From NCBI RefSeq assembly GCF_009914755.1, contig NC_060943.1: a stretch of DNA of 64,000 nucleotides. One strand, written 5' to 3'. A program made the translations under genes and the position numbers. The notes under the pieces were generated by a model. That model did not search any database and had not been told where the DNA came from. It saw only the letters and a list, made by a program, of their open reading frames with translations. This DNA is from the human T2T-CHM13v2.0 reference genome, Homo sapiens. Of this stretch, positions 1-15,200 are shown piece after piece; position 1 is the stretch's first letter; each line of letters starts with the position of its first letter.

Positions 1-78
1 CTGAGTTTCTGCTTACACATTCTTTAATTTCTTTTAATTTCTGTTCCAATACTATTTTTTTGGTCACAAATTTTTCAC

Positions 79-376
79 TTTTTTTTTTCTTTCTTTGAAA
101 CGGATCTCACTCTGTTGCCCAGGCTGGAGTGCAGTGGCGTGATCTTGGCTCACTGCAAGCTCTGCCTACCAGATTCACACCATTCTCCTGCCTCAGCCTC
201 CTGAGTAGCTGGGACTGCAGGTGCCCACCACCACACCTGGCTAATTTTTTGTATTTTTAGTAGAGACTGGGTTTCACTGTGTTAGCCAGGATGGTCTCAA
301 TCTCCTGACCTCGTGCTCTGCCTGCCTTGGCCTCCCGAAGTGCTGGGATTACAGGCATGAGCCACCGCATCTGGCC
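79..376 (-). mobile_element. Alu (AluY-like)
   Basis: Full dimer with poly-T; approximate TSD caaatttttcact. Confidence 0.9.
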
Positions 377-560
377 CAATTTTTTTACTCTTTTTCTTTT
401 ACTATATTTATTTCACTATTCTTCTGCCCCCTTACATAATTTCTATCCAGGGGGTAGAAATTATGTCTGTGTTTTCCCCTCATTATCAGCATCTGATTGG
501 CTGACCAGCAATTTGTCTCCAAGAAATGAAAGCTGGGTTAGGTGAAGGCAATTTTAACAG

Positions 561-653
561 CTTTTCAAAGTTAGAGTACACCAGAAGATTCCTCTTAGCC
601 CCAGGGTATCCACTTGCTCCCTAGAAAGGATACACTCCATACTTCAGGTCATC
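561..653 (-). pseudogene. Pseudo-exon paralogous to ZNF431 exon 2
   Basis: Minus strand cccttag|GAT GAC CTG AAG TAT GGA GTG TAT CCT TTC TAG...TTT GAA AAG = [30 protein letters not shown]; in-frame stop at 621-623; no GT donor after AAG. Confidence 0.88.
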
Positions 654-1413
654 CTAAGGGAGAAAATAAACCAGAAGCTGATATCCACCGGACATTCAAG
701 CTGACATAAGCATGGCAGATATCTCGGTTTATCCCCAGATAGTACTAAGCCCAGGACCAGCAAAAAACTAAAGGGTGGCTGAGGACACATCACCCCATAA
801 ATTTTCCAAAGCAGAACTTTGACCCAAAAACATTCTGATAAGATCTCTGTGCCTAGAGAAGATAAAATGAAAAGAGACACAGAGATTTTCTACAATACAA
901 CATCGGGGGATTATTATTTGCTTTCTCCTCATGGGAAATATTTACAAACAGTTAATACAACTTCTTAAAAGCACCATTTAATGTTTTACCAAAAAATAAT
1001 TAATTAAAATATGATATAAAAAAAGTACACTAAAAGACAAAGAAGTGATAATGTGAATTAGGAAGGAAAAGTTGGCATTTAGGAATGCCAGAAGAACCTG
1101 GAAATTTAGTATCTTACTGCAAGCCACAGTGAGGCTGGAGATATGGGGCATGGGAGTTTAGACTTAAAAACCCTGCTTGGGACACAGGTGAAAAATGCAG
1201 CAGAAAATCAGTTCCCCGTGCTGTGTGAAAATAATTAAGTGGCAGGCAATTAGACTGAGGTGTCTCTAGTCCCTGGGTTCATACTTTAAAAAAAACTAAC
1301 TCAGGTGCATTATTTTTAATTACTACATTCAGAGAAACAAAATTCAGGCTTCACCAACTATAAACTGCCCATTAAGCTCTGATTACATAACCAGGAAATT
1401 TTCACCTTTAATC

Positions 1414-1947
1414 TATTGAAGTAGGAACTTAAGAAAATAACAGAATAATAGCATAAGTAATAATAGTAAAGATTATAGTAATAGAGAAATAACAATAGCT
1501 CATAGAATGAATTGCTGTATTAACCAAGGCTAACAAGAATTTAAGTAGCCCCCCTGAAGTTAGAAGAGAATATTAACTGTCTGTCCCAGGAAACATTAAC
1601 CATATCTACCTTCCACATATTTTGTAGGCTCTGTAAACTCTTGTTTCTTTCTTCCTTGCACAGCTGCAAGGTCACAAGACAGATAAGCATAAGCTGCAAA
1701 CTAAGTTTTCCCAGAGATGTAAGACATGTTGCAAAAGTGTCACAGCAGCCTTTGTTCTCATTTCTGTAAGCCTGCTGCCTGCTTCCTGCTTCACACAGTG
1801 CCCACCTCAAAATGCTTAAAGGGGACTCATTTTCTTTGCTCTGGGCTCAGAGTTTCAGGACATGTGTCCGCTGTGCCAGTGTACACCTTAAATAAACACT
1901 TTCCTTCACTCCATTTCGTCTCTCCAGTTCCTTACTTTCCCACAACA
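1414..1947 (+). mobile_element. Solo LTR (probably ERV1 class, family not assigned)
   Basis: Absent from the aligned ZNF431 intron; ends TATTG...CAACA; AATAAA 1891-1896; no clean TSD. Confidence 0.65.
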
Positions 1948-2023
1948 GTACAAATTAAGAAACCACGTAATTGTACCTAACCAATTACTAAATTGGGTTT
2001 TCTTCATTATGCATTTTACAAAA

Positions 2024-2340
2024 TGTCAAGCGCATCCAGGTGAAGAGACCACCAAACAGGATTTGTGTGAGCAACAAGCCTGTTTATTCACTTGGGTGCA
2101 AGTGGGCTAAGTCCAGAAAGAGAGTCAGCAAAGGGAGATAGGAGCGGGGCAGCTTTATCGGGAACAAGTCATAATGGTAGAATGTCATAAGGTGGGTTAA
2201 CTAGTTAAGGCAGGAACTGGCTGTTCCACTTCTTTGTGATTTTTTGGCTGCTCCAGACTTCTTGGCTCCTGCAGGCCATCTGGACATATATGTGCAGGTC
2301 ACAGGGGTTATAATGGCTGAGCTTCAGCTGAGGCCTGACA
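2024..2340 (-). mobile_element. HERV-H 3' LTR with internal U3 deletion, 317 bp
   Basis: Aligns to 7455-7930 but lacks about 7592-7748. Confidence 0.9.
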
Positions 2341-3424
2341 TTCCTGTCTTTTTATTTTTAAAATATAAAGTTATAAGAAAAGATAAAGAAAATATAACTT
2401 TTTAGTGAGGGTCATTGGGGTAGGGGTGATATTTCTCAGGACTGCTTCAAGCATGACCAGGGACTGCGTGGACACCTTAAAGAAAATTTTATTATGAGTT
2501 AGTCCAGTAAGTTTCAGGTCTAGGGTGCATTTTTTATGTGGCTAAAGAGGTGCCAGTTAGCATATTTTTTAGCTTGGAACTGCCCTAAGAAAATAAGTTC
2601 TCTAAAAACAGTAATCAGGCATATTAGCTTTAATGTAGGTGGCGATGAGTTTTTAGACCAAGGAAGGAATAATGTTTTATGTACCAAAGCTTTTTGTCCC
2701 CATTTTCCATCATATGAATAGGATTCCCTGTTGTTAAGCCAACGACCTATTATATTACTCTTTTTCCATAGGTGTGGGTGGCGATGTGAATGGAGGAGTT
2801 CAATAGTTGTGATTGCAAATCCTATGCAGGAGAGATAATAAGTAAAATAATCTTTGTTTCCTGGATAAAGCTGAGGAAGAATAAATTTTTCATGAGCTAA
2901 GAGCCACTTGCCCTGAGTTGGAAAGACTGGTAGAGCAGGTTTTCAGAAGAGGAGTAGGTGGGGGTGATAGAGTAGAAAGAAAAATATTGGCCTTTTGGAG
3001 TGAGGGCTGGAATATTTGTGGGTGTGGAGGCATTTGCTATTTCTTTTGCTGTTCTGTCAGCATAGGCATTTCCTTTAGCAATAAGATGAGTTGGTTTCTG
3101 GTGTCCTTTACAATGAATGACCCCAGCCTTGGCTGGCAGGAGAGCAGCCTTAAGGAGAGCCTTTATTAGAGAGGCATTGATAATGTAAGAGCCTTGTGTG
3201 GTGAGGAAACCTCTTTCAGCCCACATAACAGCATGGTGGTGCAGGATATGGAAGGCATATTTAGAGCCAGTATAAATATTGACATACAGTACCTTTGCAA
3301 GAGTGAGGGCCCAAGTTAAGGCAATGAGTTCGGCTCGCTGAGAGCTAGTGGAGTGGTGCAGAGTAGTAGCCTCAATGAAAGATGTGGAAGAGACCTTTGC
3401 TGGTCTCTTTGCTGGTGAGTAGCA

Positions 3425-3755
3425 ATTAGGCCAAGACATTTTAACAAAATTATCCACTACCCTGACTATTCCTGGAATACAGCCGCATCTCATTGCTGCC
3501 CTTCTTCCCAACCCAAAGCCTGTTTTGCTTCCTCCCCTTGTATCTCTCCACCTTAATCCGCAAGTATGGGATACCTCTACTCCCTCTTTGGCAACCGACC
3601 ATGCACCCCTTACCATTCCATTAAAACCTAATCACCCTTACCCCACTCAATGCCAGTATCCCATCCCACAGCAGGCTTTAAAGGGACTGAAGCCTGTTAT
3701 CACTCGCCTGCTACAGCATGGGCTTCTAAAGCCTACAAATTCTCCTTACAATTCC
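3425..3755 (+). repeat. 331-bp inverted duplicate of HERV-H pro/pol segment 5100-5430
   Basis: Reverse complement matches 5100-5430 with 4 mismatches by manual comparison. Confidence 0.93.
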
Positions 3756-6700
3756 TCTGAATTACAATTCAGAGGACTATGCTGAGAACTGCCATCAATA
3801 AACCAAGTGTGATCAGGGTGAGGAATAGGAAAGATGGAAATATGGGGAAATGGAGTGAATGCCAGGTGGATCAGAGACATACAGTCATGGGGGTCAGGTG
3901 TGGTATCAGGAATAATGTGGAAGGCTGGACTGAAGTCCGGGCCAGGAACAAGGGTAATTATGGGAGACTCAATAAAGAGCAAGTATAGCCAAAGAAGCCA
4001 GGGGGCAGAAAGTATATGCATCAGGTGTGAGGAAGAAAACAAATTTTGAATGTTTTGAGACTTGTGGAGAGTGAGTTGAGCATAGTTTGTGATTTTGAGG
4101 ACATCTTGAGCATAGTTTGTGATTTTGAGGACCTCTAAAAGTATTAGAGTGGTGGCAGTCACTGCACACAGACATGAGGGCCAGGCTAAAACAGTAAGGT
4201 CAAATTGTTTGGACAAAAAGGCTACAGGGCATGGTCCCGGTCCTTGTGTAAGAATTCCGACCGCACAGCCCTGCACTTTGGCTGTGTATAGTGAAAAGGG
4301 TTGGGATGAGTCAGGGAGAGCTGGTGTGGGAGCAGTTTTTAGAGCTGTTTTTAAGGAATGGAAAGAAGAGTGGGGAGAGGATTTGGGATCTATGGGGTCG
4401 GCTGTGTTTTCCTTTGTAAGTTTATATAATGGTTTTGTTAGGATGGCAAACCCAGGTATCCAAAGGCGAAAGTATCCAACCATGCCTACAAAGGAAAGGA
4501 GTTGATGCTTTGGTGGTGGGGATAGGGGTCTGTGAGATTAACTGAACACAGTCTGTAGGAAGAGTGCATGTATGTTGACAAAGGACTATGCTGAGATATG
4601 TAACACTAGGGGAAGAAATTTGAGGCTTAGAGGGGGATAGTTGATACCCCTTTGAGTAGAGATGTTAAAGAAGTAGGATACTGTTCTGATGGGAAGCTTG
4701 GTAAGAGGAGCTGCAAAGAAGGTCGTCAACATATTGAATGAGGTGAGAAGCAGAGGGGTGGAAAGAAACTCAATCATGAGAAAAGGCTTGGCTGAAGTAA
4801 TGAGGGCTGTCCCTGAAGCCTTGTGGCAGTACAGCCCAGGTAAGCTGCTGGGACTGATGGGTGTCAGGGTCAGTCCAGGTAAAAGCAAAGAGAGGCTGGG
4901 ATGAGGGGTGCAAGGGAATAGTGAAAAGGGCATCTTTAAGATCAAGAATGGAATAGTGAGCTGTGGAGGAAGGTATTGAGGACAAAAGAGTGTACGGGTT
5001 GGGCACCACAGGGTGGACAGGCAAAACAATTTGGTTGATAAGGCACAGATCCTGAACTAACCTGTAAGACTCGTCCGGTTTTTGGACAGGTAAAATGGGG
5101 GAATTGTAAGGAGAATTTGTAGGCTTTAGAAGCCCATGCTGTAGCAGGCGAGTGATAACAGGCTTCAGTCCCTTTAAAGCCTGCTGTGGGATGAGATACT
5201 GGCATTGAGTGGGGTAAGGGTGATTAGGTTTTAATGGAATGGTAAGGGGTGCATGGTCAGTTGCCAAAGAGGGAGTAGAGGTATCCCATACTTGCGGATT
5301 AAGGTGGAGAGTTACAAGGGGAGGATGCAAAACAGGCTTTGGGTTGGGAAGAAGGGCAGCAATGAGATGCGGCTGTATTCCAGGAATAGTCAGGGTAGTG
5401 GATAATTTTGTTAAAATGTCTTGGCCTAATAAGGGAACTGCGCAGGTGGGGATAACTAAAAAAGAGTACATAAAAGAATGTTGTCCAAGTTGGCACTAGA
5501 GTGGGGGAGTTTAAAGAGGTTTAGAAGCCTGGCTGTCAATACCCACAATAGTTACGGAGGCAAGGGAAACAGGCCCTTGAAAAGAACGTAATGTGGAGGG
5601 GGTAGCCTCCATATTGACTAAGAAGGGGACGGACTTACCCTCCACTGTAAGAGTTACCTGAAGCTTGGCATCCATGATGGTCCAGGGGGCTTCCGAGACG
5701 ATTGAGCAGCATCAGTCTTGCCAAGGAGATCTGGGAAGGAGTCAGCCAGAGAGCTTTGAGCCAGAGCTCCAGGGGCCTTAGAAGTGGCTGCAATATTAGT
5801 TGGACAGTTTGATTTCCAGTGGGGTCCTGCTCAGATGGGACATGGCTTAGGAGGAATCCTGGGCTGTGGGCAGTCCTTGGCCCAGTAGCCAGTTTTGCGG
5901 CACTTGAAGCAAGGTCCATGAGGAGGTTTTAAAGGAGTGCCCAGAGGCTGCGGTTTGGTTGTTCTGCAGTTTTTGTGTGCCAAAGGCATGGCTGGAGTTT
6001 GTCTTACAGCGGAGGCAAGCAGTTGCAGCTCTGAAAGATGTTGCCACTTGGCTGCCTCTTGTCTATTGTTGAACACCTTGCAGGCAAGATTGATTAATTC
6101 TTGTTGTGGGGTTTGAGGGCCAGATTCCAATTTTTGAAGCTTTCTTTAATGTCAGGAGGTGACTGGGTGATAAAATGCATATTGAGAATAAGATGGCCTT
6201 CTGGCCCTTCACGGTTTAGGGGCTGTAAAGTGTCTAAGGGCGGCCGCCAAATGGCCCATGAACTGGGCTGGGTTTTTATATTTGATGAAAAAGAGCCTAA
6301 ATGCTAACTGATTTGAGAGAGGTTGGATAAAGAAAAAAGGAGAATTAACCTTGACTATGCCTTCAGCTCCAGTCATCTCTCTATGAGGAAATTGTTGGGC
6401 AGGTTGGGGAGGGCTAGTCACAGAATGAAACTGTAAGCTGGACCAGGTGTGAGGGGGGAGGTGATAGAAGGATTATAGGGTGGGGGAGTGGAGGCTGAGG
6501 AAGAATTGCTTGGCAGGGGAGGAGCAGCCTGGGGAGGAGGGAAAAGTTCAGATGGGTCCATAGGAAAGGAGGACTTAAAGGACCCAGAGCTTGGGGTGGA
6601 GACTGAAGGTACAGACAGGAGAGAAAGAAGAAAGATTTGAGATGAGTCATTCTGGGAGCAGAGACTAGGGAGGGACCAATGTGTAAAGAATGCCTGGACG

Positions 6701-7434
6701 TCAGGCACTTCAGACCATTTGCCCATTTTTTGACAAAACTTATCTAGGTCTTGTAGAATGGAGAAATCAAAAGTGTCATTTTCTGGCCATTTAGAGCCAT
6801 TTTCAAGTTTGTACTGGGGCCAAGCAGTGTTGCAGAAGAAAATAAGATGCTAGGTTTTAGGTCAGGTAAGAGTTGAAGAGGTTTTGAGTTTTTTAGAATG
6901 CAGGTTAAGAGGGAAGAAGGAGGAATGGAGGGCAGAAGGTTGCCCATAGTAAAAAGGTAAGTTTAGAGAAAAGAGAGGGTAGAGACACAGAGAGAGAGGG
7001 GTGGTACTTGCCACCAAGGTGAAGGATCAAGGCAGGCATCCCCGCGGTGATCAAACACATCTAGAATGTGGGTGAATAATCAGGCAGGCATCCCCACAGT
7101 GATTAGACACCAAGGGAAGACTGTCTTCCCGAGTCTGTGACCAGCACTGGAGTTTTGGGTCCATGGATAAAACGCGTCTCCTCTGTCTCTACCAGAAAGG
7201 GAAAGGAAATGAAGGGAAAGGAGAGATTGAAGGGTGGTGCCAAAATTGAAAGGAGAAAGAGGTTGAGGGATAGCAAGAGAGGTTGGAGAAGAGAATAAAA
7301 AGATGCTGCTTACCCGATTTAAAATTGGTGAGATGTTTTTTGGGCCAGTCTGAGGACCCGAGTTTGTAGGTGGATTTTCTCATGGAGCAAAAGGCAGGAG
7401 GACAGGAGATTCATTTCCCAAGGGAGGTCCCCTG

Positions 7435-7452
7435 ATCCGAGTCATGGCACCA
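7435..7452 (-). other. Primer binding site, tRNA-His
   Basis: Minus strand TGGTGCCATGACTCGGAT, one mismatch to TGGTGCCGTGACTCGGAT. Confidence 0.9.
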
Positions 7453-7454
7453 AA

Positions 7455-7930
7455 TGTCAAGCACATCCAGGTGAAGAGACCACCAAACAGGCTTTGTGTG
7501 AGCAACAAGGCTGTTTATTCACTTGGGTGCAAGTGGGCTGAGTCCGAAAAGAGAGTCAGCAAAGGGAGATAGGAGAGGGGCAGCTCTATAGGGCTTGGGT
7601 AGACAGTGGAAAGTTACAGTTAAAAGTAGTTATCTATTGTTAGCAGGGGAGGGGGTCACAAGGTGCATGGTGGAGAGATCATGGGACTCATTGTCCAGAA
7701 GAATCACAGGACAATCACAGGGTCGATTGATCAGTTAAGGTGGGGCAAGGAAAAGTCACAATGGTTGAATGTTGTAATGTTGGTTAATCAGTTAAGGCAG
7801 GAACTGGCTGTTTCACTTTCTTTGTGGTTTTTTGGCTGCTACAGACTTCTTGGCTCCTGCAGGCCATGTGGACATATATATGCAGGTCACAGGGGTTATA
7901 ATGGCTGAGCTTCGGCTCAGATGCCTAACA
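7455..7930 (-). mobile_element. HERV-H 5' LTR (LTR7 family, probably older LTR7C-like), 476 bp
   Basis: TG...CA termini, adjacent PBS, AATAAA on minus strand; subfamily is from recollection. Confidence 0.9.
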
Positions 7931-8122
7931 CAAAACACTTTCCTTCAAGCCTCTCCCATAGACTACAAACTACAAACCATAGCTGGGTGCTCTACAATTC
8001 TAAAACCACTCTTTAATTAAATTCTTAAATATTTTGGAGTGACTCCCATAAAGTTTTAATAGGCAAAAGTAGGAGCTGGGAACCCCACAGAACAAAGTTC
8101 TTCCCATTCCTGGCACTCTCAT

Positions 8123-8660
<538 letters not shown>

Positions 8661-8668
8661 ATCATATG

Positions 8669-9610
<942 letters not shown>

Positions 9611-10575
9611 TCAGCTTTTTTACCTTCCTGGTTTACAGTCCTTTGAGTAGGCAGCCTGAGATTTTAAAAAGGAGGTAATCCTCTGAAATAGAATGTGAGA
9701 CACATGTGAATTTTGAATTTTCTAGTAGCCAAACTTTAAAAAGAAACAAAGAACGGGTTGAATTGATTGTAAGAATGTAGTTAAGCCAATATATCCAAAA
9801 TATCATTTTAATGTGTGAGGAATATGTAATTATTAATGAAGTATATAAATATTTGCAACTAAATTTTTGAAAATAACTGCATATTTTACCTTTCTAGCAC
9901 ATTGCAGTTCAGACCAAGCACATTCCAGGCACCCAGGAGCCACACATGGCAGCTCTGATGTCAGTGGTGTGAAGGGCCAGAGGGGAAGGAAGGGCCTCTC
10001 CCTACTAACATCTATCTTCAGTTCCGAGGTTGGAACAGATAGTGGCCATAGAAAGAGCTGAGGCCAGCAGGAATAAAATAACCACAGGTAAACCACTGCT
10101 GGCCACCTGTTGCCCACCTTCCTTTTAGAGATCAGGCAGTTAACAAAGGATGATGGGGCCACAGGAGAAAAAAACTCTACGTCTTCAGTTCTGTCCACAC
10201 TCTTGAACTCCAATGTTTAGATATGGAGAAAATAGATTAAAGGCATTTATTTTGCTATTTGGCCTTGGCCCTAATTGTCTGGCTGTGGTTATCGGTTTTC
10301 TTGAGCGGTGACTGCACTCCTGTGCACTCCTGGAGTGACTGCACAGAACTTCAGGCGATCTGCCTGCCTCAGCCTCCTGAAGTGCTGGGATTACAGGTGT
10401 GAGCCACCACGCCCAGCCAAAATCTTCTACATATAAGTGTATGCCATGAGTGCACACAAGAGGCCTTTTTTAATTTCTGTCATTTGTAGAGCCATAAGAA
10501 AAAAACAGCGAACAAAGAGTGTATGATAGCAAAGATGTCTTGATTTTTGATCTTATAAAAAAAAAAGTCTATCTG

Positions 10576-12650
<2,075 letters not shown>

Positions 12651-12789
12651 CAGCTAGTGCTTCTGCAATTTCTTGAGATGATTATTCCCAATGATAAACA
12701 GTACTGAGCACAAATCTGAAAGGAATCTGGTTTCTTCTGTACAAGTGTCACTCTCCAGGATTTCAAGGGTCTAGGGCAGGGCAGCTACT

Positions 12790-13440
12790 TTGTAGTGTGA
12801 TCTATGGAGGTACATGGGCTTTGGAGTCAGACAGAGTTAATCCTGAGTCTCAGCCCAGCCACTTAGTATCTGTGGGTCTTTGGACAATTTTCTTGATGTG
12901 AAAGAGTTCTATGAACCACATATGGAAAAGAGGTAGATTGGTACTAATTGCAAAATGGTGGCAATTTTTAATCTCTTCTGTATCCATGCCCATTGCCAGG
13001 TGCTTTTACAACTGTTTCCATCAAGATCCAGAATCTGTTTTCCAAACCCTAGATCTGGCTGGCCTTATTGGCTCAGAGTGGTAGAAACTTGTGAACATGA
13101 CAGTGGGCTAGTTTGGGGCCCAGGCTCAAATGGTCTTGAATGCTTCTGTTTTTCTTTCAGAATGCTGCCATCTCCCTGAATAAAGCCATGTTAGCCAGCT
13201 GGAAAATAAGATACCATGGGAAGGAGAAGCAAGGTGCCCTGTTGACAGCCCCAGAACTAGAAGCTCACCCCCAGAAGCACAGCTGGCTAGTCAACAAGCA
13301 GCTGATGATACGTGTCTCAAAGAGCTCAGCTGAGACTAGAAGAACGGCCCCACTCAGTCTAGCCTAAATGGCTGACCATCTCAATTATGAACTAATAAGT
13401 TTTGGACGATTTGTTATGCTACAATAGCTAACTAATACAT
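12790..13440 (+). mobile_element. MIR fragment (about 12790-12930) followed by MLT1-type MaLR LTR
   Basis: ggctttggagtcagacaga MIR core; MLT1-like end tgttatgctacaatagctaactaataca. Confidence 0.6.
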
Positions 13441-14539
13441 GCACCCCGTGCAGATAGGACACCAGGATTCTATGACAGGTTGATTACTAGTTACCTTCTA
13501 ACAGTGGGCACCCTATAGGTACTGATTTTTTCCCCTGATTTAAAGTTGGGTGACTTGTAAGAGAATGTTGAGTAATGCAGAAATACACGTAGACATGTAT
13601 GCATGTGATTGGTGCTTATACCCACACAGTCCCACACACCACAGGAGAAAACAGATAACTACGGCCTGACCATTAGGGCCAAGGCCAATAGCAAAATAAG
13701 TTTTGCCTTTAATCTGTTTTCTCCATATCTAAACATTTGAGGTCAAGAGTGTGGACAGATCTGAAGACACAGAGTTTTATTATCCTGTGGCCCCAACATT
13801 CTTTGTTCACTGTCTGATCTCTGGAAGAAAATGGGCAACAGGTGGCTATCAGTGGTCTCCTTGTGGTTATTTTGTTCTTGCTGCCCTCTGCTCTTTCTAT
13901 GGCCACTATCTGTTCCACCCTCAGAACTGAAGGGAGATGTTGGTAGGGAGAGGCTTTTCCTTCACCTCTGGCAGAAAAGGTTTGCTGGGGCCCTTCACCT
14001 CCCGACATCAGAGCTGCACTTCAATGTGGAAGCTTTGGTCATGTGTGGCTCCTGAGTGCCTGGAATGTTCCTGGTCTGAACTGCGATGTGCTAGAAAGGT
14101 AAAATACAGAGTTAGTTTCAAAGATTTAGTTTCAAATATTTATATACTTTATTAATAATCACATATTTCTCACACATTAAAATGAAAATTTTTTGATATA
14201 TTGGGTTAATTAAATTGTTACGATCAATTCAACCTGTTACTTTTTTTTTTTAAGTTTGGTTACTAGAAAATTTAAAATTTACATATGGCTCACATTTTAT
14301 TTCAGAAAATTACCTCCGTTCTAAAATTTCAGACGGCCTGCTGAAAGACCAGAAGCCGGGAAGGTCATAAAATCCGAAATTTTAAAATAATTGTTATTAT
14401 ATTCTTTTCATTTGTGAATAGGCATACAGTATGTTATTTATAAATGCATGTGACTTTACACACAAGGTTAAATACAAATTCCCTCTGGGGTGGGCCTGGC
14501 TAAGCTCTGGGAGGAAGCCCTGCCTGAAAAGACGGCAGC

Positions 14540-15200
14540 CTAAGCTGTCACTCTTTCTTCACTCAGCCCAGCATCTGTTCGCATCTTCTGTCACTCAGGG
14601 CCTGAGAAGGTGGGGTTTTAAACGTTATCCAATCAGCGACGCTAGGCTGGGAACCGTCCAATCAGGCACGCAGCTGGAGCGGACAGGACGGCTTCCGGGA
14701 TGTGGCGGGGCCTTTGTCTCTCGCCGCAGCCTGAGCTCCAGGTCTCCCCTTCGCTGCTCTGTGTCCTCTGCTCCTAGAGGCCCAACATCTGTGGCCCTGT
14801 GACCTGCAGGTATTGGGAGACCCACAGCTAAGACACCGGGACCCCCTGAAAGCCTAGAAATGGTGAGAGTGCCGGGTCGGACATCCCGAGAGAGGGGAAG
14901 GGCTGGTTGTAACCGGTGGGAAGTGGCTGTGGCGGGACTCAGGCCTCCCCGCAGTCAGCTCCACAGTCTGCGCCCCGAGTTCTCCTTGCCCAGCTCGGCC
15001 TCAGTCCCCTCCAGCCATAAGATGGCGGCTGTGCTGACAGTCGGGACCCCAGGCGTCCTGTCTCTTCACTGCACAGTGACTGTGCCCTGGCCTGGAGCCC
15101 TCTCTGGGCAGCTCTGCACCCGCAGCACCGCGTCTTTCCCAGATTGTGCAGGGACCACGGGAGGGTCTTCAGGGGACAGTTCTGACTCGGGGTGCGGGTT
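14540..15200 (+). promoter_or_regulatory. ZNF431 CpG-island promoter
   Basis: CTGTCACTCA (PBX/PREP-type TGAGTGACAG) 14588-14597; CCAAT 14629-14633 and 14658-14662; CTTCCGG ETS-like about 14692; YY1-like AAGATGGCGG 15019-15028; high CpG density. Confidence 0.85.
14860..14862 (+). CDS. ZNF431: ZNF431 coding exon 1 (start codon only; transcribed exon begins about 14710-14730)
   Basis: GCCTAGAA-ATG|GTGAGA, the typical ZNF91-family first exon ending in ATG, inside a CpG-rich promoter. Confidence 0.93.

Larger units (their letters stand above)
2024..7930 (-). mobile_element. HERV-H provirus, common deleted type (5.9 kb), disrupted gag-pro-pol, env remnant
   Basis: Two homologous LTRs, 5-bp TSD CAAAA (2019-2023, 7931-7935), tRNA-His PBS, PPT AAGACAGGAA next to 3' LTR; RT motif LPQGFRDSP, RNase H WFIDGSS/AELIAL, gag knuckle [14 protein letters not shown]. 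Confidence 0.95.

Noticed and set aside
2897-6947. HERV-H gag/pro/pol ORFs as functional proteins
   Set aside because: Fragmented by stops and frameshifts; RT frame broken before YVDD, knuckle His replaced by Tyr, RNase H split, integrase essentially missing
7435-7452. tRNA-like sequence (also 25535-25552)
   Set aside because: Only 18-nt retroviral primer binding sites, not tRNA genes
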